NCBI GenBank assembly: GCA_964247055.1
Contig: OZ176050.1
Span: 13,020,001 to 13,084,000, forward strand
Origin: Paragordius varius
Taxonomy: Eukaryota > Animalia > Nematomorpha
Reading direction: 5' to 3'
Length of the DNA stretch: 64,000 nt
In this document: piece after piece, positions 35,031 to 64,000 of the stretch
Layout: every line of letters starts with the position of its first letter
How positions within the stretch are numbered: position 1 is the first letter of the stretch
Notes under the pieces: generated by a model
What the model was told of the DNA's origin: nothing
What the model saw: the letters and a program-made list of their open reading frames with translations, nothing else
The model's database searches: none
Made by a program: the position numbers and the translations under genes

Positions 35031-38000
35031 ATAAATTAATATATGTTTGTTATAAAAGAAGTGTATTACTTTTTAACCATTTTAGAAAATAATTTGAGAT
35101 TATAATGGTGTATTTGCGCGTAATCAAAAAACCGTTTAAGGGTAATGTATGGTTTAAATATAATTGTTAGATAAGAAAATCTGTAACATAAAATTTAATT
35201 TAAAACAATAATAAAAAGCTTTTATATTGCTTATTCCACGCTATAGTTGGGCAATTTGCAACACAGTTGTGTATGGAAAAAACAACAATAAAATATTGAA
35301 TAAAATCAATAAAGTTATGTAAGAAGGGTATCAAATGTTTATTCAACATTTTGTTATTTTTTCTATACACTACTGTGTTGCGAATTGCCCAGCTATAGTG
35401 TGAAATAAGCAACCATTAAAATGCATCGTATGAAACTAACTTTTCCAAATCAATAACAAGTTTTTCATTCAAGATCAACCTTTTTTTAAAAGCGAAAAAT
35501 CAACATTTTACGCCTAAAAATAAGTAAAAAAGACGTTTAAATATAGTTATGGTATGTTTCATAAAAAGTAATATATTATGCTAGATTCATATGTTAATAG
35601 CTCTAATTTTAAGCATGTAAAGTATTATAAATTGTAATAAAATGATATTAATTTCTTCCTGGAATACATAAATATAAGGTTACAATAATGAGATTTAACA
35701 AAATATTGATGCATATTTTCACTTTTATATAAATAAAACCTTGACAGAGAAAACAAATCCAAGAAGAAAGTGGACAGTTAATTTACGAGCACAGAAAAAA
35801 AAGTTGAAACCCATGGTGGAAACGAGAGGTCCTTTGGAAGGATGCGTTAACGCCATTGATTGTTCTATGAAATTGAGGGATTATGCACTTCTCTTGCATC
35901 GCATGAGTTTAAATGGAAAATGAATGATAATATCAAATCCAAATATGTATATTCACAAGCTTGTGCAACTAAAACATTGTTAACTTTACTAAATTTGTGT
36001 ACTACTTTTTTCAGTTTATTCCTTACAAAATAAATTGTTGGTTGTTTAATATTTAATTGTTTATGAAAACTTTGACTTTTGACTATTTAAAATTATTTAA
36101 TATTAGAAGTTTTAATTATTATCCATTACCATGGCAATAAAAAGACACTAATTTTTTAAACATTTTTAGATATGGTATCATTTTAAACAAATTAGACTTT
36201 TTCCAATGATATTTTTGACATTTCTCTGCTTTTTATAATATCAGGGAAATGGGTTATGATTAAGGTTGTTTAGGCCTTTTTGCATTTTTTGTTATATGAG
36301 GTTTTGTTTCTAAGGCTTATTCTGCCCTCTTTCTAAAATATTCAGCATCTGAATTGTAAGGTAGGCCTTAAATTTAGCAAACCACGAAATATGATCACGA
36401 ATAATTGTATGATCTATGTAATTAAAAATATTTGGAAAATTAAAAAATTAATTATCTGCCTACCGTCTGCAAAATTTGCTATTTTTATTTTTAAAATATT
36501 GATTATTTATTAAAAAATGGCCGTCTCATGATGTTACCACCTCGTGGAACATAAAATTGTAGATGCCATATGTAGGAGATATTACTAGTTATTATGTCAT
36601 GGTAATAATTTCCAAAAAATATATAAATAGAAATATTAATCGTATTGGTTTGATTTTACAATTGTAGTGGCTTAAAAAACCAAGCGCAAAGTCGAAAAGA
36701 ATATTTCTATTATAAAGATAATTTTTTTATAATATACCCACGCATTTATATTTTTGGAAACGGTTTTTTTTCTGTTTTTTTATTAAATTATTTCATTTAA
36801 AATAAAATTCAGCTCTATGTTCATATTTACAGAGGTGTTGAATTAGTCATTAAATTCGTAAAAATCCTTTGCTTAAAATTATTTTTGGAAATGTCAATAA
36901 AATTTTTGGAAAAATATGAAATGTTAGCCCGTTTTCTCCCATACAAAAAAGGTAAAAAATTACAAAATTTTCCAATCTTTTGTTTATTTAGCTGCAGATT
37001 TTTCATATAATTTTCCATTTTTTTGACTTAGTTGCATCATACTTTTCAACGATACGATAACATAGGAGGGCCCATTTTAGCGAAAATAATAACAACTTAA
37101 AAAAGTATAAAAATGAGCAATCAAAAATAAGTAATCACTAAACTTATTTTATTTTATAAATTATTGTAGATATATATATCGATCCCTGTAAAAAATATTT
37201 TTTGCCAATTGTTTCAAAAAAAATGAAGCCCAAAGGTTATTTGATATCATGTTTAATGGTTATGGTTGGATTACGTTTCGCAGGTATACTGTCAAAGCTT
37301 AATTTTTTTTATTATGTCACAAATAATAGTAAAAATATATAAAACATTTTTTATTTTTATTGAAATATATTCTCTAATAATTGACAATTTAAACGATCAA
37401 ATAATAGTAAAATGTAATTTGTGTTTAATCCCATAATATAAAACTTTCTTGAGAATTCAATCTCTATAGACCTATCAAATTTAATTATTCTTATAGCCTG
37501 GTAATTAATTTTAAATCTATCATTACCTATTTTTTTTATATGAAAGTTTGCGAAATACCCACAAAAGAAGAACAACAATTGATATTGAATATGCACAATC
37601 AAGAAAGATCTCTGGTTGGTGCAAAAACTATGCTACAATTGGTAAAATTTTTTTACCAAAATCGCAATAAAATTTAAATTTTGTTAATATTGTCAACGAG
37701 AACGAATATTTTATGTTAAAATAATAATTTGTTTTCTCGTAAAATTTATTAAATTCAAACTATATCCAAAATTTTCGATACATGAGAGTATCTTTTTCAA
37801 TGGATTAACTAAAACAAAAGAAAATAATAATAAGATTAATTAAAACAAAATTTGAAAAATATAATTATTTAATTAATCTTATTATTATTTTCATTTGTTT
37901 TAGTTAATCCATTGAAAAGATACTCTCATGTATCGAAAATTTTGAATATAGTTTGAATTTAATAAATTTTGAGAATACAAATTATTATTTTAAAATTTAA

Positions 38001-39160
38001 ATTCACATGATGTGATCATATATATATATTTACCATTTTAAATGAAAAAATTGCAATTTTTTTATTCAATGGCAAATAGGAATGGTACGATGAAGGGGCT
38101 CAAAAGGCGGAAAATAACGTAAGAAATTGCCATTATCATCATGATTCAACGGCCGATCGCCAAACTTCAGGTAACTCCCATATATAATACCTTTACAAAT
38201 GCGCCTTAAAAAGTTTACTTTTGATGTTTAATTCTTAAATGCCGAATTTTCCAAAAGAACAAACATTGTAAAAATAACTTTGTTAAAGGAAAATTACAAA
38301 TACTTCAACTTAATATCATATATATATGTAGAGTTTAAAAGTGGTGGTGGCCAAAATATTGCAAGGGGGTTTTCCGGTTCCCTGTCGGAATTTATTAATT
38401 CTTGGATCAGGGAAAAAGATATATTTAGGTAAATTTTGTGACAACTTTTAAATTTAATCTGATCTGATGCTTAACTTTTTAAAAGAATCTTTATTATTGT
38501 ATAAAATAGGTATGGTGATAATACTCAAAGTTACGAGACTATTGGACATTACACTCAAGTAATATCAACATAATAATTTTTTTAACATATATATTTTATA
38601 TTTTTATACAAAAAGATAAATGTTAATAATTTTAACAGCGCATAGTTATGCAATATTTGATCATAAATAATTTAAATCATATTATAATATTTTGGTATAG
38701 TAGTCGAAATCAAGGATGTCCAAAACGAATGACTTCGAGGGCCGCATTTTTTGCTTAAAAATTTTCTGCGGGTCCGCATTCGAATATATGGGCATTCATA
38801 AAAATCTATTAAATTTCTAACTAAGACTGTAAAATGCAAACACATAACATTTTTTTCGAGTTTGTTGCCTATTGGATGGACTTATTCAGTATAATTTATT
38901 TCTGAAATATCAATTTTTCCAAGATTTTGTAAGGATATTTTTGCAAATGATATTTTTCCAGACTTTTTTTTGCAGGCCGCACAAAGAGTTTTGGATGGAC
39001 ACACCTGCTATACATAATACATTTTTCAATTTTTTTTACATGTTAAATATAAACCAACATTTGCCAATAGATCGTATGGGCAAGTACGAAAAAGATTGGA
39101 TGTGCCTATAAAGATTGCAATGGTGAACGCCTATTCACTTGCAATTATTATCCAGCGTAA

Positions 39161-39202
<42 letters not shown>

Positions 39203-40360
39203 TTCGGAAGTCAGCGTTTTTTCAATTATTACATTCTTAATTCCTGACACACTTTACAAAGCTAATTATAACATTGCATTAGTGGAAATACGCTTACCTA
39301 TATAGGAGAACCATATGAAAAAGCCGAAAGCGGAGAGAGTTGCGTGTGCCCTAGAAATGGGCAATGTTCGACCCAATACAAAGGCCTATTAAAGACATGT
39401 GGTAAAAAAATATTTGTACCAAATATTTTGCTCTATAGAAAGTAAAATTGTATGACTAATTATTTACCACTGGTATCATATGAGTTTATGTATAATTTTG
39501 ACTAAATACCAGGATAATAAAGTAAATACTTTGCTTTTATATGATTGATGAAAGATAAAAATAAAGAAGACAATTACTTTTAATAATTATAAAAAATTTA
39601 ATTTATAATTTGATGGATCAACTTTTGTCAGTTTTTCATATCTAGATTAGTATAAAGCCTTCAAATAATTAACCACATTCCTTTATTTATCTGATTTAAA
39701 GGATAAAATAGATCATGTATGTCATCAATACTATATCTTTACTTAGACCTCTGTAAAAATGATTTTACCAATTGTGCAACATTGTGTGAATGGTATCCTA
39801 GCAACTGTAGTTTATCATGTGACCCCACCTGCAAAGCCCAAACATGGCCTCCTCATAAAAAAACGAATGTTCCAATGACAGTTCCTGTAAGCGATACGAG
39901 AAATGGGAATCGAAATGTACAAAACACTACTACAAGACCTCGAAATCGAACTCGAAAACCTAATAATCGCAATTATAACGGGAGACGAAGACATAGACCT
40001 AAACCCAATAACAGCAGAAATAATGGTGAATTAGATAAAATATAATTTTGTGCACAAACATTTCTTTGTAATATAATAACAGTTAAAATTTCAAACATAT
40101 GGACAAAACGTAAAATAAAGGCAAATATTTTTATATAAATACAACAATTTTATAAACAATTCACATTTTCTACATAAACTAAATATACACATTTTTGACA
40201 TGTAGAATAAGAGTGTTACCAATTTACATATCTATTTTTTATTTTGCAACTCACAAATATACAAAAATCAAGTTGGTTGTCTTTTTTAAAAAATTTATCT
40301 TGTTTCGTTTGGTCTCAATAATTCATTATTTAATAAGTGTTTTTCTCTTCAAAAATATCG

Positions 40361-40395
<35 letters not shown>

Positions 40396-40711
40396 CTTCA
40401 CAGGATGGAACAGGAATCCACCAAGGTATTTATCATATTTTTCTTTTATTAAAATTTGTCACACTTATCAATACGCTCATGCCTGGAATTTTCAGCAATA
40501 TATACCCCATTCCTTTCGGCTTAAAAAGATTATTTTATGAATTAGCTCTCTATATTATCTTTGTTCTAGCACTTCAAATGCTAACGCTGAAACTGTAACT
40601 GAAAAATGTCGAAGATTATTTAACATGCCTAACATCCCGATAGAAAAAGTCAAGATTGTTGCCAACGGAACTGTCAATAATTTTAGTTGTTCCTACTCGT
40701 TTATAAACTAA
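34050..40711 (+). CDS. Secreted CAP/SCP (CRISP/VAL-like) protein with ShKT-like domain, basic linker and short C-terminal module
   Basis: Exons 34050-34350, 37547-37641, 38080-38170, 38332-38428, 38510-38558, 39071-39156, 39283-39401, 39747-40025, 40404-40425, 40570-40711, all phase-compatible. Hydrophobic N-terminus KFLLIVYGFLLILRL. CAP motifs EEQQLILNMHNQERS..MLQLEWYDEGAQKAE...CHYHH, GQNIA, SWIRE, IGHYTQIVWAST.KIGC, FTCNYYPAGN. Cys hinge, then CKNDFTNCATLC...CSLSCDPTC. Confidence 0.88.
35227..35412. mobile_element. Foldback MITE family E copy
   Basis: About 75-bp inverted arms TTGCTTATTCCACGCTATAGTTGGGCAATTTGCAACACAG / CTGTGTTGCGAATTGCCCAGCTATAGTGTGAAATAAGCAA. Confidence 0.75.
37718..37991. 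repeat. Near-perfect long palindrome in a CAP-gene intron
   Basis: About 125-bp arms (..AAATTTATTAAATTCAAACTATATCCAAAATTTTCGATACATGAGAGTATCTTTT..) with few mismatches and a loop of about 22 nt. Confidence 0.85.
38711..39007. mobile_element. hAT-like MITE
   Basis: CAAGGATGTCCAAAAC..GAGGGCCGC left end and GGCCGCAC..GGACACACCTG right end. Confidence 0.55.
40078..40330. mobile_element. Degenerate MITE family A copy
   Basis: ACAGTTAAAATTTCAAACATATGGACAAAACGTAAAA ... GGTTGTCTTTTTTAAAAAATTT. Confidence 0.5.
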
Positions 40712-41539
40712 TATTAGTTTTATGAATAAATTGTTTGTGCATCACTAATATATATATTAGGAATAACACTAATTACGACTTTGGTTAGAAAAATGTCGAA
40801 AAAATATACTAGAGTGTCAAATCAAATTTACATAGCAAAAAATCCTTATGTTAAAAACAGGATTTGCATTTGTTTTTTATGTATTTTTTATGTGGCCTAC
40901 CCAGACAGCGCCGCTGTGAATTGGACTTAACAATAATTTATTAATCATTTTGTTAAAATAATTTTTCGGAAATAATTTAACGACAAAAAATAATTAAAAA
41001 ACCCAATTTCAAAGGCATGGAATATCAAAAATAAAAAATGGCTCAGTTCCTTTGGCTTATATAAAAAATAAATTTAATGTTTAAACCTTTGATTTAGAAT
41101 GGGCTTAACATATTTTCCAGAAATAAAACAAAGCCACTTTTTGTAAAACCCCCCCCAAATTGATAGGGGGTGAACTAAGGGATTAATTCAAAAAATGGCC
41201 CCCTGACCATCGCGCATAACGTATTATAAAATGGAACAGGTCTATATAATATCCGGAAAATTATTTTAAAACAATTATTAACAAAAGCCTAGGGCAATGG
41301 AGATGAACTAAGGAGCCAAGGAAAAAATGATTACAATATATACCGAGAAAGGAAATATATTCTGATCGATAGATATATCTGGATTATTATGAGCGTGGGG
41401 TGTTGCGTCGTAAAGTTTTTCAATATTGAGATTATACTGGGTCCAAAATCTGTGGGAATAAAAAAATATCCCGATCAGGATTACCATGGTGCTTTTGGTT
41501 TAGGTCCTTACATATGATAGGATTACACTTTTGTGGTAA

Positions 41540-43300
41540 TTGCTCCATATCAGAAAATGGCAAAATTTGCCCACATATTGTTAAATAATTTTTTAGTAAA
41601 AGCTAAATGCTTTATTCCGAAAAATATCATTAAATAATATCATAAACTAAATATAAAAAGCAAAACAATATTTAAACAAATTAAATTTTTAGATGTTGGC
41701 CCCAAAATTTTCAATTTTTTAGATCTTCCATAATGAGTAGCTCCTTTCAATTAAACGCAAAAATGCTGTTGCGCGATAAAAATTATAATTATATGCTAAT
41801 TTGGCAACAACAAAGTTTTTGCTTAAAAATAAAATTTATAGTAAAATTTTGTTGAGCGCATTTCTTACTCTGAGGCCTGATGGAAACCCTGTAAATACGC
41901 TTTTATAATAATTTTAATATAATTCGATGATGCTATTTTATTACCTCAAAATCCTAATTTGGTTTGTATTTGCTTTGAAATTTACGTATATTTTAGGATA
42001 AAATTACAATTTATATTTAAAATTATAAGTTGAACAAATATTTTAATCAAAATTCTAAGGCGATAGAAATGTTTATTTAATGCAGAAAAATGTTTTTATA
42101 ATATCTTAAAGCAAGCATTATACCGTTTCCATCAGGCCTTAAAATAATATGAAGTAATTATTTTGTTATAAATAAAATTTTAAGCAAAATATACATTTTT
42201 AGAAAAATTTGATAACAAAATTTAGCTATTCATTTTTCGCGCTATCTCGGCATTTTTGCTTTTAAAATAGGAAACAGCCCATTTCCCTGTGACCGTTGGG
42301 GGATTTATAAGAAAACTGATGAAATATATATATATATATATATATATTTATTCTGATAGGAAAATAAGAATATTATGATGCTTGTTGTTTTGGCCCTTAC
42401 GAGTGATAAAAGTTATTATTTAGCTGCGACATATCAGAAATCGGTAAAATTTTGGCACCTTTTTAAACAATTTTTTTTGGTAATAGTTAACTGCTTTATT
42501 CCAAAAATTATCACTTAAATATATCAGAAACTAAAGCATAACATTAGTTTCAAAAAATTTAAATTTTTAGATAACAGCTTCTAAAGTCCCAAATTTTTAC
42601 CTCTTCAAAAATGGGCTAATTCTGTTAAATACGCAAAATGCCGGGCTTGGGCGATATTTTAAATATATGCATTTTGGTACCAAATAAAAATGTTTTTTAA
42701 AAAAGTATACCTTTTTCAAAAATTTATTTATTAATATTTTTTGGAAGCTTACTTCATACTTTTGTGGCATAGTGGAAACGGTTAGAAAATTCTTTAAAAT
42801 ATTTAATAACATTTATCTAGATAATTTGATGATGCTGAACATTTTCAAAATTTTTAATTTATAGGTTCGTTTACTTTCAAATTTAGGTTTATTGTATGTT
42901 TTTAACAACTGAAGGCTAAGTAATATATTATGAAAATTCTGAGGTGATAAAAATGTTCATAAGGATCGAATTATATGTGTTTTTATTCCTATCCTGAAAT
43001 ACGCAGTTAATTCATCTTATGATCCAATGAGGTATAAGATGTTTAGTATCGTTGAATTAAATAAGGGATCTTTAAATATTACAGTTTATATACGGTGTCC
43101 AGCATGCTTCAAAAATACTATAAAACTCACTTTTAGAAATTTTATTATTTTTTATAAAAAAAAATTATTTGATGTTATAAACTAGCATATATATTTAAAA
43201 TTATTAATTTTTGCGTTTTGTATTTAAAATACTGGCGCATTTTAGAGTCATTTTGTGGCGCAAAAAAATCTTAATAGATATATTGTTTTTTTAAAATGTA
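41540..43300. mobile_element. Two diverged tandem copies of family D upstream of MCM3
   Basis: CATATCAGAAA..GCTTTATTCC.AAAA.TATCA..GCGATA occurs at about 41545 and about 42432 as direct repeats. Internal inverted pair GGCCTGATGGAAAC / GTTTCCATCAGGCC. Confidence 0.45.
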
Positions 43301-43577
43301 TAAGATGTATAATAATGTTTTTGGAAGAAGCATTATCCTTTTACGAAAAATTTATCAAAAACATAATATGCGCTATTGATTTTTGAATTTACACAGAAGT
43401 AATTAAATAAATTACTCGTAAGGCTTAAAACCAAAAGTACGTTGAAAATATTGATGTTTATTAGTATCAAAATATATATATCTTAGCAAATATTTTTTAT
43501 ATCCCCTTTATGTGTTGTATTGCACTCAGATTATTCATCTGTTTGGTTAGTCATTTTAAAATTTTGCCGGTAAAATC

Positions 43578-60506
<16,929 letters not shown>

Positions 60507-61689
60507 TGAAAATATTAAAATTTTAAATTACTTTATAAATAAAAAAATAAATTATTTACACTTTGTTTTTACCAATATATAATGTATTTAAACGGAAATC
60601 GGACTAAAACTTTGTATAGTGTTTATACGTAATTTTAAGTTTGCACAAAGTTGAGCAAACTTTATCACAAATATACTATTCTGCGGGTTTTTTAGAACTT
60701 TTAAAATAAAAAAATTAAATTTAATTATTTTTTTGTATCTTTTAAATATCTGTAGCATATTATTAATTTTTATAATACAACTTTTTTATACATATACTAT
60801 TAATTAGAAAAAATATTTTTTTAAGAATGAATATTTTTTAAAGAATGATTATGTGGATAACGAACCATACATTATTCCCTAAAACCGAGCCTCCTACATG
60901 GGCTTCCATTGTATATAGTTTGTTAACTGAAAGCTTTTGGATGACGAATTCATAAATGCGATCAAAAAATTAAAAAATCTTAATTAGTTATCACTAAAAC
61001 TTTTTGCACACTAGTGCCTAATAATTTATAATTTAAACGCGTCAGATTATTTTGAGTTATTTGTATGTATTATGGTATCAAAACTAACTATATGAAAGTT
61101 TTTATATTTTGTTTGAAGCTGTTCTAATATTCACAGCGGTTAAAAATGGGAAAGGTGGTTTAAAAATTAAATCGATAAAAATTGCGATTGTGCGGTATGT
61201 TTTAATTTTTATAAACCAATTATGTATATTTAGTCAAAAATTAAGAATGCAATTATAAGGGTATGATGTATGCAGTTATTTGCCTGATTATTCAGAGCAA
61301 TACAGATAATTAAAAATGAAGTTATTTAGATCTCTATTTGATTTAAATCTATGAAATCGAGTCATATGGCTCGGCTTTCAAAGCGTTTCCCTTTCTTAAA
61401 AGTTAGAATATATAGTATAGAAAATAATTTAAGATTCGGAAATATATCATTATATATAGCCTTAACATTAACATGTGTTTATATACACATATATTCTGGA
61501 AACGAAGATCATCGATGTTGGACAAATATGACACACTTTTGTTTGTTTACCAAACTGTATATTTATTTCATACCATAAATCCCCAATAGCTATATTAATG
61601 AGGAAGCTGGGTCTGCAAGAAAAGTGATCTGAAAACTTTACCCAGTTTGGGGAAATATTATAAATAATAAGTTGATTCAACAAACTATT

Positions 61690-62010
61690 ACATTATCTCA
61701 AAGAAAACTCACTAACCTTGGTGTTTGTACTACTGGGGTCTGGCAGATGGTACGCCAAAAATTTGAAGAACAAAAAGATGGACATATTAACTTTAAAAAA
61801 CATTAACTCGTCACCTATCAAGTTATTAAGTTTATTTTTAAATGAAACTTTCTTGGGAAATTCGGCCAAAAAATCGTTTAACTATATAATTAATAAACAT
61901 TTAATATAATGGGAACAAGAAATATCGTTGATTGTTGGTAACAAAATAATATCATCATAAAGGGTAGGACACTGGATTCAGAGTTTTCGTACCATGAAGT
62001 AATTCAAAAT
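61690..62010 (+). pseudogene. Possible decayed Polinton/Maverick-type protein-primed PolB fragment
   Basis: Adjacent frames give ..DILTLKNINSSPIKLLSLFLN.. and FLGKFGQK, resembling K..LNS.WGKFGQ; heavily disrupted. Confidence 0.3.
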
Positions 62011-62189
62011 ATGTAACATATTTTAAATGATGAAGAATTATCTCATTGTTGGAAATATATGGTTGAATGAATTTTAGTTCAAAAATTATCAAATGCTGAA
62101 AATACAGGGATTGTATGAAACACCAAAATATTAGGATGTATATATTGATTTTTGAATTTATAAAAATGATTTTTAGGAATATAGGGTAT

Positions 62190-64000
62190 AATGTTGAAAA
62201 TATCTAACTGTTTGTATAAAAAGTATGATTGATTGTTGGAAATGTATGGCTGATTGTTGGTAATGTAGGGCTGATTGTTGAAATTTCTGGGAAAGTATGA
62301 CTGATTGATGATGTGAATTATTGTTGGAAGGTATCAGTGATTGTTGAAAATGTATGGTTAATTATTTTAAAGTAGAGTTGATAGTTTAAAAGTATGGTTG
62401 ATTATGGGAAATATGTATAATTATTGAAATAATGGTTGATTGTTGAAAATGTATGGTTCATTGTTGGATAATAGGTTTGATTGTGGGAAAGTATATGTTG
62501 TTGGCTATGCATGGCTGATTTGGGAATGTATGGTTGATTGTTTCAAAGTAGGTTGATAGTTGAAAAGTATGGATGATTGTGGGAAATATGGCTGATTGTT
62601 GGGAATCTATGGTTGGAAATGTAAGATTTATGACTGGGAAAGTATAGCAAATTGTTGAAATGTATGGATAATTATTTGAATGTAAGGCTCATTGTTAATA
62701 ATGTATAGCTAATTGTTGGAAATGTATGGTTGATAGTTGCGAAAAAATGGCTGATTGTTGGAAATGTATGGTTGATTGTTGGAAATGTATGGTTGATTGT
62801 TGAAAATGTTTGATTGTCGGGAAAGTATGAATAAATGTGAAAATTTAAGGTTGATTGTTGGGAAAGTATGGCTGATTGTTGGAAATGTATAGTTGATTGT
62901 TTCAAAGTAGGGTTGATATTTGAAAAGTAAGAATGATTGTGGGAAAGTATGGTTGATGGTTTAAAAGTATGGTTGATTGATGGGAAAGTATAACTAATTG
63001 TTGATAATTTCGGGTTGATTGTTGGGGAAGTATGGTGGATGGGTGGAAAGTATGGTTGATTGTTGGGAAAGTATGGTTGATGGTTAGGTATAGTTGATAT
63101 TTGGGAAAGTTTGGCTGATTGTTGAAAATCTATGGCTGATTGTTTGGAAAATACGACTGATTGTTGAAAATGTGTGGTTTATTGTTGGTTAAGTATGATT
63201 GATGGTTGGAAAGTATGGTTGATATTTGGGAAAATTTGGCTGATTGTTGAAAGTTGATTGTTGGGAAAATATGATTAATTGTTGAAAATTTTGGGTTGAT
63301 TGTTGGGAAAGTGTGACAGAATGGCTGATTGTTGAAAATGGGTGGTTGATTGTTGAGAATTTATGGTTGATTGTTGGGAAAGTATGACTGATTGTTGGAA
63401 ATGTGTGGTTGTTGCGAAAGTATGGTAGATGGGTGGAAATGGTTGATGGTTCGGAAGGTATAGCAGATTGTTGAAAATGTGTGGTGGTTTGTTGGGAAAG
63501 TATGGTTGATTGTTGGAAATGTATGACTCATTGTTGAAAATGTGTGGTTGATTGTTAAGAAAGTATGGTGGATGGGTGGAAAGTTTGGTTGATTTTTGGG
63601 AAGGTTTCGCTGATTGTTGAAAATGTGTGGTTGATAGTTCGGAAAGTATGGTTGGTGAAAAGTATGACAGATTGTTGAAAATGTGTGGTTGATTGTTGGG
63701 AAAATATGATAATTATTGATAATTTCGGGTTGATTGTTGAAGAAGTATGGTGGATGGATGGATATGGTTGATTGTTGGGAAAGTATGACTGATTGTTGTA
63801 AATGTGTTGTGGATTGTTGGAAAAGTATATTTGATTGTTAAAAATGTATGGTTGATTGTTGGGAAAGTATGGCTGATTGTTGAAATATGGATAATTATTT
63901 GAATGTAAAGCTCATTGTTGATAATGTATAGCTAATTGTTGGAAATGTATGGTTGATTGTTGGAAAAATTTGACTGATTGTTGAAAATGTGTGGTGAATA
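62190..64000. repeat. 21-bp G/T-rich tandem satellite with higher-order structure, running off the window end
   Basis: Unit GGTTGATTGTTGG(AAAT/GAAA)GTAT, degenerate, about 1.8 kb; very few C on the + strand. Confidence 0.95.

Noticed and set aside
35741-35923. ORF MTEKTNPRRKW.. as a phase 1-1 cassette exon (35748-35906) of the CAP gene
   Set aside because: Exon 1 joins 37547 directly and gives a better CAP helix 1 (EEQQLILNMHNQER). The donor is weak and there is no recognisable homology. Not excluded without RNA data.
62672-62905. ORF with TINHTFP heptad repeats
   Set aside because: It is simply the translation of the 21-bp satellite; neighbouring units contain frameshifts and stops.
62190-64000. 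Satellite or 21-bp subrepeats as a CRISPR array
   Set aside because: No unique spacers, degenerate contiguous units, eukaryotic context, no cas genes.

Overview
Very AT-rich (roughly 25% GC by eye), intron-rich genomic DNA from an animal, probably an invertebrate; the species cannot be determined from this window. By hand-splicing GT-AG introns I reconstruct five genes: the last two exons of WAPL (+); a 24-exon nidogen (-, 1606-16010); a 32-exon class-I (Myo1c-like) myosin (+, 17574-32609); a secreted CAP/CRISP-like protein with a ShKT-like domain (+, 34050-40711); and a 20-exon MCM3 (+, 43578-60506). Introns are full of TA-flanked foldback MITEs (one family has about a dozen copies), hAT-, CACTA- and Kolobok-like non-autonomous elements, RTE-like LINE fragments and a tRNA-derived SINE. 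The window ends in a strand-biased 21-bp satellite. Two observations stand out. (1) The first four MCM3 introns are only 27, 24, 25 and 25 nt, while every other intron I modelled is at least 60 nt. (2) The myosin I appears to lack the canonical TH1/PH tail and instead continues in frame into a tail of about 530 aa that is largely coiled-coil-like. All homology calls come from recalled motifs, not database searches. The ORF track uses TTG/GTG starts and ignores splicing, so most of its short ORFs are exon fragments or noise.
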